Assembly: GCA_965655095.1 (NCBI GenBank)
Contig: OZ296654.1
Span: 77,004,001-77,068,000 of the forward strand
Reading direction: 5' to 3'
Length of the DNA stretch: 64,000 bases
DNA from: Haplodiscus bocki
Lineage: Eukaryota
Shown piece by piece: positions 40,201 through 55,200 of this stretch (its first letter is position 1; each line of letters opens with the position of its first letter). Below the pieces are notes generated by a model. The model was not told the DNA's origin and ran no database searches. It saw only the letters and a list, made by a program, of their open reading frames with translations. Position numbers and translations under genes: made by a program.

Positions 40201-43200
40201 AAGCCTTGTTGGCGTTTTGGATGCTATAAAGTTGACCGAATTAGCTAATATCGCGTATTCCCTAAAATTTTTGCACTTTCGCCTTCCTTATCAACCATTT
40301 TGCAACTAGGCTCATCTCATCGGATACCGAAGCACGTTTGTTGAATACATACATCAAAAATTTTCAAAATGGTTCTTTACGGAAGTTTTTCGGTCGTTCA
40401 AAATAACCAATTTTTCTAGTTTTGCGGAACTATCGCTCATTTGCTTTCTGATTAGGCTTTTCATCTACAGGCAATGAAAACCAATAATAACGGACATATC
40501 TTTCATTTATTCCTTATTTTTAACGTTCTGCTGGAAAAGGTCGTTTAAAGTGGTTTTATCCGCAAAATGAGCAAATTTCACGATTTTTGCAAAAATTTGC
40601 GCGTTCGCCTTCCGAATCTTTTTTTGACTACTTTTTGAGCTAAAGTAATTTGAGTATTCAATTTAGGAATTTTCATCTGATTTTAGATAAATTCTTGTGC
40701 TTGAGAGACTGCCTGAAACTGCGATGTTTTGCGATTTGCCGTGGAGTTTTCGATTTTTTGCTCCCCTAACCAAAAACCCCTTCCTTCAAACGCAATTGCT
40801 AGTGCTTCAAGTTCAAGCTCATATGCTTTAGTGTTATCGACTTTGAGCCGTGAAGGAGCCTCCTTGTGCCATAAGGCGTTCATGCTTATTGTGGTATAAA
40901 AAACCTCATGTAGCAGAATTTGTGTTTTTTGGAAGTTCTGACGTCTTTTCGCTGTCAAGAAAATTGGAGTCTGTGTTGTTAATCGCAGGAATGATTGTTT
41001 TTCACTTATTTTTACTGTGGCAGAATTTTTGTTGTTTCCGACAGCTTTTCCTCTTTATGGTCTGTGCTGTTCTGAATTTTCGGAGTCGAGAAATTTGCGT
41101 GTTCACACTTGCGGAAGCCAGTGTTATATCACAGGCTTCTGTGGATTTTCCGATCCGTTCACAACTCGTGTGTTTTTTCCTGGATACTAATGTTCTAGAT
41201 TTTGTTCATTCGCTCTCGCGCAGCAACAAAAATTTGTTCACGTAGGTTGTTTCCAGCGTGCGTGCTTGTTTTAAACATAAAGCGATTCACAGTGAACTTC
41301 AACATGTATTCCTTGTTCTAGTGTATCAGCAGATACTTCTCGGTTCAATTCTGCAATCGCAAAGTGCGAACCTGCTTGTTAACCCCCAGCCCCTCGGCAG
41401 CTCAAGCCCAAATCCGAACATGCCACTGCCTTCTGGCTCGTCTTCACCTAACCCAGCAGCTGCTCACTCCCCACTCTACCTTGAGGGCGTATCCCAACTA
41501 GAAATGGCTCCTGTGGCTAACATGGCTCTGAATCATGAGGACCTTTTGCTCCGACAGCTCAGCGGGCTACATGGCGTGATGCCCGTCGGAATTCCTCAGC
41601 CGATGATTGACGTGAATTCTAACGCAATGCAAGCGCAGTTCTCCAATAGCTGCAGTCCTCAAGAACACTATTCGCCGCCCATCCCCGAGCCCTTCAAGTC
41701 ACATTATCACAATGTGAGCATTAACAACTTTAAGAACTCGCTTCCCCCGAGGTTGCACAAAAGCAGGCAGAACCGACACCGAGAGGCGTCAAGAGAAAAA
41801 AGCTCGATGTCGGTAAATTTGAGTGGTGGCAAGTCGCACAGTCATCTGCAAGCGCCCACTGAACATTCTGGAGATGATAGAAACTCCATATCTTCTGGTT
41901 AGTTCTACAAACGTTTTTAAAAAATGGGACTGAAATGAAAATAGAACCATATTTTTATTTTTTCACACCATATGTTGATTATCGAAGCAAAAGTTCGATA
42001 AGTATGGTCGTTTTTTTACTAGTAAAAGAAATTGGATAGAGATTCAAACCTCCAACCCTCATCGTAGCAGAGTAGCCTAACTTGTAAACCACTTCGCCGT
42101 ACAGTTTGTCGATTGATGTTCGTGCAAAGATCATGCCGTTGCTAGCCGGTCGTCGTGTTATTTTCCGTATTATATGACGGAAGGAAAATCCTTCCTTCAG
42201 TATGCAGACTTTTCTCCAACTGCGCACTTTTTGAAGAAAATAGTTCGCTCGAAGTGTTTCCCCGGACATGTAGAATGCAGTTTTGACAACCATGATGAAA
42301 ACTTTTTGCCTAAAGGATGAATATTTTCCGCTCAAAGTCAAGAAAACTTTTTGCCTAAATTCTGAAAAACTATGAATTTTTTTGGAAAAAAAGTTCCAAA
42401 TGTTCCAATGTATATATAAAATCTGTTTGATTTTGCTGAATGTTGAAACTCACTTTTCTCTGTAATCAATGTGTAATCATTTCATTAGAGTCTCAGTCGA
42501 CAGCCTCCTACTTGATGAGGACATTTCTAGAGAACAATCATCGTCTTTCTTTGTGTCCGAGTCCTGACAGGCCGAAAATGCCAAAAACGCTATTAATCAA
42601 TACATATCTCGATTTTCAAACTCATGGTATTTCAAAACTACCTGCTTGACTTTTTGTATCATCGTTTCAATCGACAGCTCTTCGCCTGAGCAGTACTATA
42701 AAATAGAAGAATTTTCGATTTTGTTCCTTCAGTCGGTATGCTGATAGTGCAAAAAGTGCCAATAATTTTGACTTATCTTATTTTTGAAATTGATATTTCT
42801 CAGTGGCACTGTGCGTGGCTTCTTCCAGCAATGTCTCACTCAGCAGCTTGATTTCTAGCTGTGGGAGACCACGAATAATTCAAGTTTTGTTCTGACGAAA
42901 TCTTGATACTGAGATTGCCAAAATTTCAATGAAAATTGACATGTGCTGACATGCAAATTAATCCTTTAACACAACCTGCTTCACTCCTCCTGCAAAGGTC
43001 GCAATCAGAATATTTTTGACTGACGAAGGATTTTTCGAAAACTCGTCACTTTTAGATGGGCGTAGCGAACGCGAAGTGAAGCCTATTCAGACGCCCACAC
43101 TGGTGAATTCAGAGGAAATTTTTTCGTCACCATTTTCAACGTTTTTTCTTAAGCGCTCAGTATTTCTGTAACTGTTTGACGATTTTTTTGAGTTTTGCAG

Positions 43201-46200
43201 AAGTGATGCGACAAGACTGTAATCCATCATTTACATGTTTTTGGTTGAGGTTCGAGTATACTTTTCTTTTCGATACTTGCGAAAGAATTTTAAAAATTGA
43301 GCTGATTTTGAACACTTTGACAATATCTGTCATTATAAGTCGTTATTCCTTCAGGAGGGGCTTCAAAATGCCTCAATTTTGCACAGGTTTCAAGATGAAA
43401 CGCTTTTTTCATCACATACTAAACTTCAGTGGGGGTTCAACAACATTTGGATTTTTTTTTGCGAAAGAAACTAAAATCGAGCTTTTTTCGGTATTTCGCA
43501 GTTTCTCTGAGTTTCGAGTCTTTCATTCTGGTACCTAGTTCTTTAATTAATTTCATTTTTTGCACAACCATAACCGAAAAATTCCTTTATCAGCCAGTTG
43601 AATTTAGTTGCAGGGACGAAATGTTTTCGATAAGCGGAGAGATCTAGAAAGTCGAGGAGCATTTTTTATCATTTTCTATCAAGTTTAAGTCCTTTGTATC
43701 GGAAGCAAGTCCAAGACAGCGGCTTCGTTTGGTTTAGCCTTCGAAAAACCCTTGATGATTTTATTTTATTTTGGCTGCTGATAAAAAAATTTCGTGACCT
43801 TTTATGCTGGAGAATCTAGTCAGAAATTCGTGCTGACTGTTGTCTTCGAATATTTGTCTATTTGATGTCTCTTTTTTCGGCGTTTAGGTCTTCAGTTTAT
43901 ATTTGTTCCGAAAATTTTATTAGAAGACCCACACTCGTGAATTAATAGCTTCTCGTTTCAGTGTGATTGTTTCTCGATAGTATTATCTGTGACGAAATCG
44001 AGCTTTTTTGAAATTTTATTTTATGCATGTAATTCCAAAAATAATCCATTTATCGCACAGGATTCATAGGTAACCTGAGTTGGTTCTTTCTGACAGTTTG
44101 GCTGCGGTCACAGAATATATAATTTTTCTATAGATTTTTTTCGGGAGAAAAATCGAGCTCTTTGATTTTTTTTCTGTGAAAAGTGAAAAACCAGTTTTTT
44201 CTCTGGTGTAGTTGCATCGAAAAACGACGGAATTTTTTTATTGATGTAACAAAGAGGTTCCGATAATTTACCTAATTTTTTTCGGGTCGCGATTATAAAG
44301 TGTTTCAATAAATTTTCAACGAAAAGCAGAGACTGAAAATGCCGATTTGGCATTGCATTAATAAGAAAACTCGAATTTATCACACACTGTGTTTTTAGTT
44401 CAAGTCACAAAATGTTCTTGATAAGTTTCCGCCGAAAGAAAATAAAATCGATTTTTTCTGAATGCTTTCAAAAGCCTGAATTTTTGTCAAAACCGTGAAG
44501 GACCGAAACTTCAATGAAAAGGCGATGACACGATTTACTTGTTTTTTTTTTGGGAAACCCCTGCCGCGAGACTAGCCTTAAGTGCCTTTTTTCTTTGATT
44601 CCGATTCGTGACAGGCCAAAATACTTATTAATAATTACATGTAGGTTTTGATCTTAAGTTTCTCTACAACTTCGAGTTTAAATTCTGACGTGAAGAGCTC
44701 AAGCAACACCTTTCTACTTAAGGTGAACTTTTTAATAGAAAAGTGATTGATCTTGATCCTTGAGTCGGAACTCTGATAGTCCAAAAAAAGGCGAAAAATT
44801 GATATTATTTTTGAAGTATCCGTATACTCAAAATTCTCGTTTCTCCATAACTATTGGCTTGACTTCTATCATGGTAATAATTGAAACACTCAACAGAATT
44901 CTCAGGATAGAGCAAAAAAACCGCAACTGTTATTGTTATTTTGTCCATATTCAAACATGTAAGTGTCTGAAGCTCTGCTTCGATATAACATTGCTGGCGC
45001 AAGTGTAATAATTCTTTGTTATAAACTAAATTTTTTTTAATTTTGCCAACAAAAGTTCAAGCAAAAAAATAGTCTTGAATTCTTCCGACAAGGTCTCAAA
45101 CGACAAATTTAATGAAAATCGTGTGAAAACCTTTTCATATATTCCACCAATTGTTTCTAGAGCCCTTTGGCTGAATTTATCTCAGCGCGACTGCGCCTCT
45201 TGTTGTCGTAAAAGCTAGATTGCATTTGTTCCGTTTTTTGGATGTAATGAAGAACATGTTTTCATATTTTGATAAAGCTGCGATTTCTCAATAGCGATGG
45301 GCAAAGAACTTTTTGTCACTGATCAAAATTGACTCGAAAAATATAGTTTTTCTCACTGTAACTTTTTGCTTGTAAATAAAACTTATAATCCGAGGTTTGC
45401 GACTCATACATTTATAACACAGTAACAACTTTCTAATGCAATTATTGAGCATTCCTGCTTTGTATGAGTCTTTTGCTGCAATCCCATTACTCATGATTTC
45501 GCCCTGTCGAATAATTTCACTTGGTTGAAATTCTTCATATTTTCTGGTTCTAATTTTTTATGGAAAAGAAAGTTATTCAATGGAAAGGAAAAAGGGGTGA
45601 ATCGTTTCTGATTTAATGCAGTTGTTACACTTGCGCAAGGCAATCAGTGTTACATCATAGGCTTCTGTATTTTTTTCCGATCCCTTCACAACTCGAACAA
45701 ATTCCTAGATTTTGACCAAAGAGAAGGGAGTTCCCCAGGATCTAACCTGGGCACTTTCGCGCAGCAGTCACATGCTCTAGCTGACTATGCCATTGGCGCT
45801 TGAGAATCAGTTTTTTGATTTGCGCCATATTCTTAAGAATATGAAAGAGAAATCTTCCACTCAATTGGGCCATTTCCGACGTTTTTTTACCCGATGTTTG
45901 CCAATTGTGTTCACGCCACATCGGCAAGAATGTTCACGCTACTGAACGTGTAATTATTTTTTGACCAAATTGTAGCAAATTTGCCCTAGAATGCGCCTGA
46001 AATAGTAAGATTCCTCGAAACCTTCGAAATTTGGGTCTTTTTTGAAAAAATAGATGGTTTTTTTGAAAAAAACTTTAATTTTTTCGAAATTCCTAAAGTT
46101 GGCAAATTTGCTGTAGAATGTGTATCAAATGGTATTATTTCTTAAAAATGTAATTTCCGCCCTAATCATTTTTTTAGCAAGTCAGAAAATTTTGAACGTG

Positions 46201-49200
46201 GGAAAAATTAGAAAACGTTTTCATGTTTTTAAAAGCCTTGTTTACAAAAATGAATGCCGCTGGTAGCCGGGCGTCTTGTTTAAATATCAAGCGAATGGAA
46301 TATTATATCGTTTGTTACTTGTCTATAAGTGCACAAGAACTAACTGAGTTTCTGTGCACTTGTTGTCAGTAGTATTCGGAATATCGTGGCCGCTTCAAAC
46401 ACCAGTTATTTTTAGTCGATTTGTTCTCTAGTATTCCGTTGGCACAAGTGTTGTGAAGCACATCTTCGTCTCTGTGTTCATATCTTATTCATAATTATCA
46501 CCTAGTATCAGTTGATTCGCAATTGATTCTCGCAAATTGAATTGATACTCTTGGTTATTCTCGATAATGCGTTTTCTTTATTCCCGAAACTAACTATTCA
46601 ATCATTTTAATTTCCTATAAAATTTGCCATAAAATGCGACTAATACAGCAGTTTTTCCCAAAAGTGCTTTTCTTGCCAGAATCAAATTTTAATGGCATTT
46701 TTTTCATTTCGCAAATTTGTTCCAAATTTGCTGTAGAATGACATCAACATGCCAGTTTTTCCAGTTTGTTCCCTAGTTTGTAAGGAAGAAAGTATCCCGG
46801 AGCTTCCTGGGTGTCTTGTTCCTGTTTTAATCAAAGGTTTCATTCCCAACTATGCCAGCATGTGGTATTCTAGTTTGTCGTGCTTTGTAGAATCTAATTG
46901 CCTTGAACTCACGATTCCGACAATGAATCTACACGTTTTCGAAAACTGGTTCAGCTTTATGGAGTGTGTCAATCCTCGCTTTGTCTTGAGGCTGTTTTCT
47001 TTTGAATTGAGATCGGGTTGTTAAGCTGCCATTGGCCTCAATGTCTCCTAGAATTGAATGGAAAACCGTTTTATTACTTTGTACCATAAACTAATTCTAT
47101 GGCGCTGACGTTTCCAATACAAATTGCAAACTCGTTTTGAATTTCAATTATGGTGGATTCAGGTATCAAAGGGCTGCCTGTTATCGAATTTTTCCAATTT
47201 TTGCAGGATGAGTTTATTTTGAAAAATTTAAGTTGTTCGGATGAATGCATGGGACAAAGTTTTATGCGGTGATGTTAATGTGTTGTGCGGCGATGTTAAT
47301 GTGTGCTCAAATCAATTTTACTCACGGTCTTGAAATCTGAATTTGGATCTTTTCTGTTAACCCTCCCCCCCTCCCCGCACTAGCGAACTCGTCTCTGATT
47401 GGCTAAAATTCACTCGTGCGTGAGTTAAAACATTGCGCCGCTTATTATTTAGCGTATCCATTATGGTTGTGTGTGTGTGTGTGGTGGGGAGGGGGGATTA
47501 ACAGAAAAGATCCCTGAATTTATTGCGAAGATCTGTTGTAATTGAACAGTATACTGACAGTTAAACATCGGGGTTTTCTATTGTGACCCTTCTGTAAATC
47601 ATCTCTTGTAAGTTATTTTGCAGTTTTGACAGAAGTAGATTCAGAAATAGAGTATAACATATTGACAAACTCATCAATTTTTTGCGTTCAGCTATATTTC
47701 TACGTTCTGAATTACTTTTTCCACATGTTTATCTTGCTATGAAATTTCTCCTTCCATATTGGTGTTTTTAGAAGTGTTTGGTATGCGATTAATTTCATTA
47801 ACTTAAAGCGTGTATGCGTTGCAGATAATGCCTCTGGTTCACCGAACGACAAAGGAAATGACGTGAACATGGATTCTGTTCTTGTAAATAATAACTCCAC
47901 TAACAGCAACAACAACCGAACTAATCAAAGTTTGACCCGTCAGAGAAGTGTTGAAAATTTTGGCCAATCAAAGACGAGACTCTTGACAACCAATGAGAAT
48001 GCGATGCCTAGCGCATGTCTAGTTGGCGCAAGGAAAAAGACTAACTCTGGAATGACTACTTATGCTGACTGTGCCAAGAGATTGGCCATCGTAACGAATC
48101 AGTCGGCAGTCTCTGTCGACTGTAACACCAAGAACTGTTAATATCCTATCTGAATTATACAATCTGAGCTATAGATTAAGTTGCAATGTTGCATGCGCGA
48201 GTTATGGAAGGGGAAACGACATTTAGTGGGCTTGGCTTTGACTTTTTCAACTATGTCGGGTCCTCACATATGCAATGCACACGCTCCTAATATAATCAAT
48301 TACTGGGTATTGTTTGAGCAACAGTTATTTGATTCTGTTTTGTCTTTGTTCAAGTTGCAGAATCAAACTTCTCGAATTGGAGCTGTAAATCGAGTGACAA
48401 ATTTTCATTGGCTTTAAATGAGTTCTCCATTGAGGGGAACAATGTTTTTTCTGTGGTTGGTGGGGTTCATAACTTATCTCGCTTCTGACTATTTAGATCA
48501 AGGAAGCTTCAATGCGTCTTTGAACCTGAATAACAACAACTCCGTGGCTGACCTGCTGATGCTTTCTCAAAACAATTCCAGTTCCTCGCCTTCAATCAAC
48601 CAACAGCCTCTCTCATCTTCCATTGATTCAGTGATAGCGAAAACAGATTCAGTGATAGCGAAGACAGCCTCCGCTGTTGATCTTCGCATGGACTCCAACA
48701 ACAACAATTCCCCCTTCTTACCAGGTGAAACTGGGCTCTATAACGATTTAACGAATGAAAAAATCATGCAACGTTAAAACTGTTCAAGCAAGTTAGACTA
48801 GATAGATAAAATTAGATAGCCTAGTCTTACGTGCTTCAAGAGTTATCTAACGATAGTAGTGTATAAAATCGCATTTGACACCAGCCGCGCGCGCCGCACA
48901 AATTAATTTAAAAACATTAATGAAATTTATACTATATCAATAGGGGTTCACTGGAATGAGAGAAGTTTTTTAACTGTTTTTTTTTCTACGACACATGAAA
49001 AATTCCTTCACGTTGACATAAACATAGAATTGAGAAAAATATTGCACATGTACTTTTACATTGTAAGCGAGACGGAAAAATCATGTTTACCACCTATGTC
49101 GACATAACAGAATATTTATATGCTTTATTGATAATACATTTCGCGTATATGGACTAGTTGTTCTCATTTTTTCCTCCCGCTTGTTGAATGCTACGTGATT

Positions 49201-52200
49201 GATATTGGTGAAAGTTGAGGCTCTGTCGACGTGTTTGGGGTTCACATCTTGATAAGTATTCCTAGTCTTTATCATATATTGCCATGATTCTCCGGGAGGA
49301 ACTGTCTATCAACTAGATTGGTAGAGGGGGAACTGTCCTCATGAATGCTTCCATGCCTAGGAAGGTATCGTGAGCAAGTGCTGTTTTTATATATTATCAT
49401 AAAATTATAAGTTTCATTCCCAAGGTTCACTTTTAATATTACTTTCAAAACATCGTTTCTCATCAAATGGTGATAGTGTAGATTTGAGTACTCGTTGATA
49501 TATTTCATAAATAGTTGAACGAATATTATGATATCACTTTCTTTTTGATAATCACTTCCATCTAGAAATTTTTATATTCCTCAAATTAATTTTTTTCCAT
49601 TGAGTTTTGCAAATACCTTTCAATTTATTTTTACCATCATTTCCACATATAAATGCATACATATTACTTCTTAGACAATTAAATTCATCAATCCGAATAT
49701 TTTCAGGAGTTTCTGTTTTAAATTTTCCAATCAGTTTTTTGTTTTACTGAATAGTTCATGATTTTCTCTCAAATTCCTGAAATCAAATAGATCATCACGA
49801 CTTTTCAAGTCTTTAATAATGTTTTGTATTTACACCTAAAACGAAGCTATCAGTATCCTTATTGTGTAATTGTATATTTTTTCTCCGAATTGTGGTTGTA
49901 ATTTATCATAGTATGATTCATTCGTTTGTAACTTACTCAATTCTAATACAGCGAATCCTAGATAAATCGGCTTGTCCATTAGAACTTCATTTCGCTTTAA
50001 TGTATAGCTATCATAGTTTGTATAAGATTAATGTATTCCTTTGAGGGTTAATTCTGATTGTTGTTTAATAATTTTTTCATTATCATCTTTTTAAATAAAT
50101 TCTAATCTTATTCTCTTCTGACATTTTCAATCGTTTTTCCATAGAAGGAGTTATTAAGTAGTTTATAGAAATCCTTTTCAAAATCATTTTTTGCTAAATT
50201 TCGTTTTTAGTATTAAAATTCATATATTTTTCCAACCACTTACTTTGCCTAAATGAGATGACCTCATGAACTTTATCAACTACCATCCCATGTCTAGAAT
50301 AGTTTTTCAACTTCCTATAATGAATTAATGAATTCTTTTTATCAGTTCCAGGACATATTAACTTCTTTTTGTCTATAATTGACTGGTTTCATATGTTTCA
50401 TTTGTTTATCTCAAGGAGTACTTTTGTTCTCAGGGCGAAAGGGGAATATCTTAGTTTTTTCTTCTGTTTCATCTGGACATTTTAAATCAACTTCAACAAA
50501 ATAACCAATATCACTATCATTTGGAGTATTTAATATATCTTCTAGTTTGAAATTTCTGTCAAATTTAATTTCATCAGGTAAAGTCTGACTCATAGCCCAA
50601 CCATTTAGAATATTCGCATCAATATACATTATCTTTTTTTTCATCTGATCTTACATATCTATCACCCATTACTGATGAAATTCCACCTCGAATGTTCCTC
50701 TCTAATGGTAAAATTTATTCAGTATCTTTTATAGTTTGCAAATTAAACCAGTATATTTCAAGCCCAACTGTCAAGTATAGCCATGTAGACTTACACAATA
50801 CAGAGTATTGATATCAAATTTCTTAAAAGATACTTTTATAAATTTCTCAAAAGTATCAGCTAATGAAATTACTTCACTTTTTAAGTAAACTGTAGTTAAT
50901 TCTTACTTTTTAATTTTAAATCTTCTAATAATTTGTTTTGTTCTTTCTATTTTTTCATCACTAGGACAAGCTTTTTTTAATTCACTGAAGAAGTGTTCTT
51001 TTTTAAAATTAATAACTAGGTTTTGATAATCATCAATACGATTGAAAAGTTCATATGGATATGCTAACTTTTTAATTAGATACTCCCATTTGTCTGGAAA
51101 TTCTTTTTTTCAAAATATTGAAATCATCACTGGCTGATGTTTTGACTAATACATCTAAACCCATTGATGAAAATCGGTAACTACCAATAAATCCTATACA
51201 TCCATATGTCACTGATATGTATTCTTCATTTGTCCTAGGTATAATATCAAATTTTTATTCTTTTTAATAACTAATCTTATAAAAAATAGATGACAATCAT
51301 AATTACTGAAATTATGAAATACAAAATGGAATAAAATTACTTTCTGTGTGACATTGATAATACATTTTGGATGAGCTGGACTTCTATATTGACCTGTCAA
51401 ATGACAATGATCTCTAGCTTTATCAACAATTTTTTATTTTTCACAAACTCGACAAATTATTATCTCTAAAACGTTCTTCATCTTAAGTCTTTCTAATATC
51501 TTTATATTTTTTCAAGTGAGAAAGCCTTTTTATTTTCTATTTCTATTACGTCATCCACAAACCCATCAAATTTATCATATCTTAGAGAAGATTCAAAATA
51601 TCCACTTTTTCGTCATCCAATTCAGATACTATATAATATCCATTACATACTAGATTTAGTTTATGAATATTAGTTGTTTCATCACCTATGCTAGAAATAT
51701 CGATTTCATTATCGGCTTCGAAATCTGCATATATGCGAAATTATAATGGATTCCTATGAAAATATTTTTTCCCATATAGAGTTTCATTTGATGTTCTTTT
51801 ACTCGTTATTTCTTGTTGATTACATCTCTGTTTATGTTTTAATAAAACATTTTGACTTGAATAACAACTCAACAAACGTCTACATACAATATTACAATCT
51901 TGTTTACCTGAAAATTTGTATTTTTTAAATAAAAACAATGATTTTCCATAGATTAAAAAGTCAATAAGTTATTTTTACTAATTTCGACAGGTATTACTTT
52001 GTTTCCATTTATTTTGATCTTGATAAAAAGTTAATTCAAATGTATTTATAGATAAATTGTTTATTTTCTCAAATTTATGCACATCACTGCATTTAAATCA
52101 AATAATGAAATCAAATCCAACAATGTTTAATTCAATAAAATTTTGTCTATAATTTGATACTCTATTAGGATGATTACTTTCACATGGGTATAGACTAGCT

Positions 52201-55200
52201 AATATTGACCAAAGGGAACAATATGCATCATCGTTTTCAATTTTCAAGATAGCTTTAGATCTCAATGGAATTTTCACGTATTTTGAACCATTTAATTCAC
52301 TAGTTTTATAGAAATATAATAGTCATTGAATTAATTTTATCAAATCCCCATCACTATCCTTCATTTCCTGATTTAATATTTGATGTTCTTATTGAAACCT
52401 AAGATTAATATTATCAGTTCTATTCTGTGTTACATTTCGAATAATACTTAAAATAATGAATAATTCAATTTCATCTAATATCTGCCCATCTTCATCTTGT
52501 CTATCAAATCTCGCTGAATATATTGATTTATTAATCTAGCATATATAGTGGCCCTTTCTCTTAATATATTAATAACATATCTGGTCTGAATTTCTGAATA
52601 ATTTGGTTCAATAGTTAAGATAGAGTTAGCATGATTAAGATGCTGACTATCTAGAGTGATTTTAAATCCAACTTGTAATACTCTTATCAGTGAAGTAATA
52701 TGGATTAATCATCTTTTTTAGCTAATTCTTTGTTCAATTTTTTTACCATCTATTTCAATATTCTCTATTGCTATCTGTTTCAGTGGTTTAGGATTATATA
52801 TTTTTCTTTGTATATTTACAATAGGTTCATGAAATAACCATTCTGGTTTAGTCATTTCCTCATATTTTCTTTTTTCCAAGTGTTTTTTACTTTCTCAAGT
52901 GTACTGCAAATGATGCTCGATGAACATCAATGTTACAAATATCACATCTGAGGCTATTTTCCATTTTGCGTCTTTCTATACAGGATAAAAAGCTTGATTT
53001 AAATCATCTGAGATCTCATATCTCTTTATTTTCTTCATCAGCCAAATTTTTGATAACAGTATAATACAAATCATAATAATTCATATCCATACTTCTTAAC
53101 CTGTGGTTTAATCTTTAAAATTTTCAATAATAATACCTAATGAAAAATTTTACTTATAGCTTAAGCATTTTTAGCAAAAGGTTTTTCTTCAAATTGAAAA
53201 TATCCACTTTGCCTTCTATAATTCGTTTCATCATAATAAATACTTATATTTTGATATAATTTTAATTTTGTGTTACCCTCTGATAATTTTAATTTAATAA
53301 TCATGTATTCTGTTGTTTTATAATTTGTATTCACCGTAGAATAAAATTTTCTCTGATCTTTTTTTTGCATAAGACAGTCTCGTAGAAAATTTTTTATCTT
53401 GTCTAATCACTTCTCCATGAATATTATGTTTTTGCTTATTAATAATGAATTCACAATTTTGACAATAACCTTTATCCAATTCAATCCAAATATTTTGTGT
53501 ACAACCAGGACAAGAAGGAAAATTAATTTGAGGTTTTTCAATTTTTGGTTTTTTCCTTATAGGATCTCGTTTAACTTCTAATTCATCATTTTGATTTTTA
53601 ATATCTTTTGTATTTTTTTGTTTCGTTTATTACTTGGTATTGAGTTTTGAGAATTTTTGGTTCTTTGCGTTCTCCTAATATATTTTCTTCATTTGGATGG
53701 ATGATATCTCTTTTCTCCTTTGCTTCTACATAATATTTGCCGTGCATATAATTCATTGAGACAAGATAAAACAGATGCCATTACATCAGAATAATTTGCC
53801 TTTTTTCATAGAATTCGCCATCCATTTCATTAATCGTATGCTATCATGTCCAATTCTATAAATCCCTGTTGCTGTTAATGAAAAGTGGTTTTGTTCGAAA
53901 TCTTTATCCATATTTTCAAGTTTTTTGATAAATTCATTTTTTTTTCATGAAATTTTCATTCAAATCATCAGCTTCACAAATTTTATATACATCTATACAA
54001 TTGCAAAATGTTCTGCGTTGGGCATATTTTATATCGATTCAATAAGTTTATTTTTTTCCTTGAATTTTCACTAAGTTAATTTTTCGTTTTATATCATTGT
54101 ATTCACAATTAATACAAGTTTATATTCATAAGGTAAAAAATGTTTCGTGTACAATGCATGAATTTTTTCCATATTTTTCAATAGGTCTTCGGTTAGTTCC
54201 ATTTATTAAATCTTATATTATTGATATAAATTTAAATTTCGTTTCTTCATATCTTGATTGTTTTCATCAAGAGTTAAATTTGTAGATCTTCATAGATTTT
54301 CGTTATATCGTTCGGGCAAATAGTTGATTTTATGTGGGGCAATTGTGTCGTATATGACTTCAATTATTGTATATGAGATATTGCTCCAATTGGTTGAATG
54401 GCCTTCTGAGAAAACTTTTTTAATATCAGACGTGTACAAACTAAATCTCTGAATTGAAATTTTGGTTTTTTCTCTCTAGTCTTGGAATTTGGAAAAAACT
54501 ATCTTTTCATTTATTTTCTTGGAACCTTAGCTGGACCCATTTTTATTGATTGGTGTGTGGTATCATTTTATTTCTTAGTCATCGATGGTAATTCACTCAA
54601 CCACTCAGCGCTTCCTGCCAGAAATATAGGCTTTTTCAGTAAATTCCTTATGGTTCTAATAAACCGTTCAGCAATAGAAGGACCTTTGTCACTAAATCGT
54701 GAGTAGTGACGTATTTGTTTTATTCTTATGAGGTTTTAAAAAATACTTATAAAATTCAGCTCCTAGATCGCTCTCAATTTTGAGGGTGCTCGTTTTGATG
54801 TATTTAGATGTTTCGAAAATTAGTTTCTTATTGTTTGAGCGTTTTTGTTCTTCAAAGGAACGCACCAAGTATACTTTGAGAAGTTATCGATTATAACGTA
54901 ATTGTACCTAAATTCTTTATTGTTTGAAATTAATAGTCTGAAAAGTCTGATAAATCAGTACTCCATCTTTCATCGATATGATTATATATATTTTATTAGT
55001 TTCGTAGTTGTTTTAGGAGGTTTACTATATAATTCATCTATGAAGATCTTAACATTATCCTTCAATTATTTTCAGAAATTGGTGATCTTTTACGAACTGC
55101 AAACTATAGTGTAACAAAATCTTTTTTCTACCTTTTTGAAGATAGTCGTTTTTTAATAATGGTTGCTTGTTTTTCCTATTGAAGGCGTCTCGCAAATATT

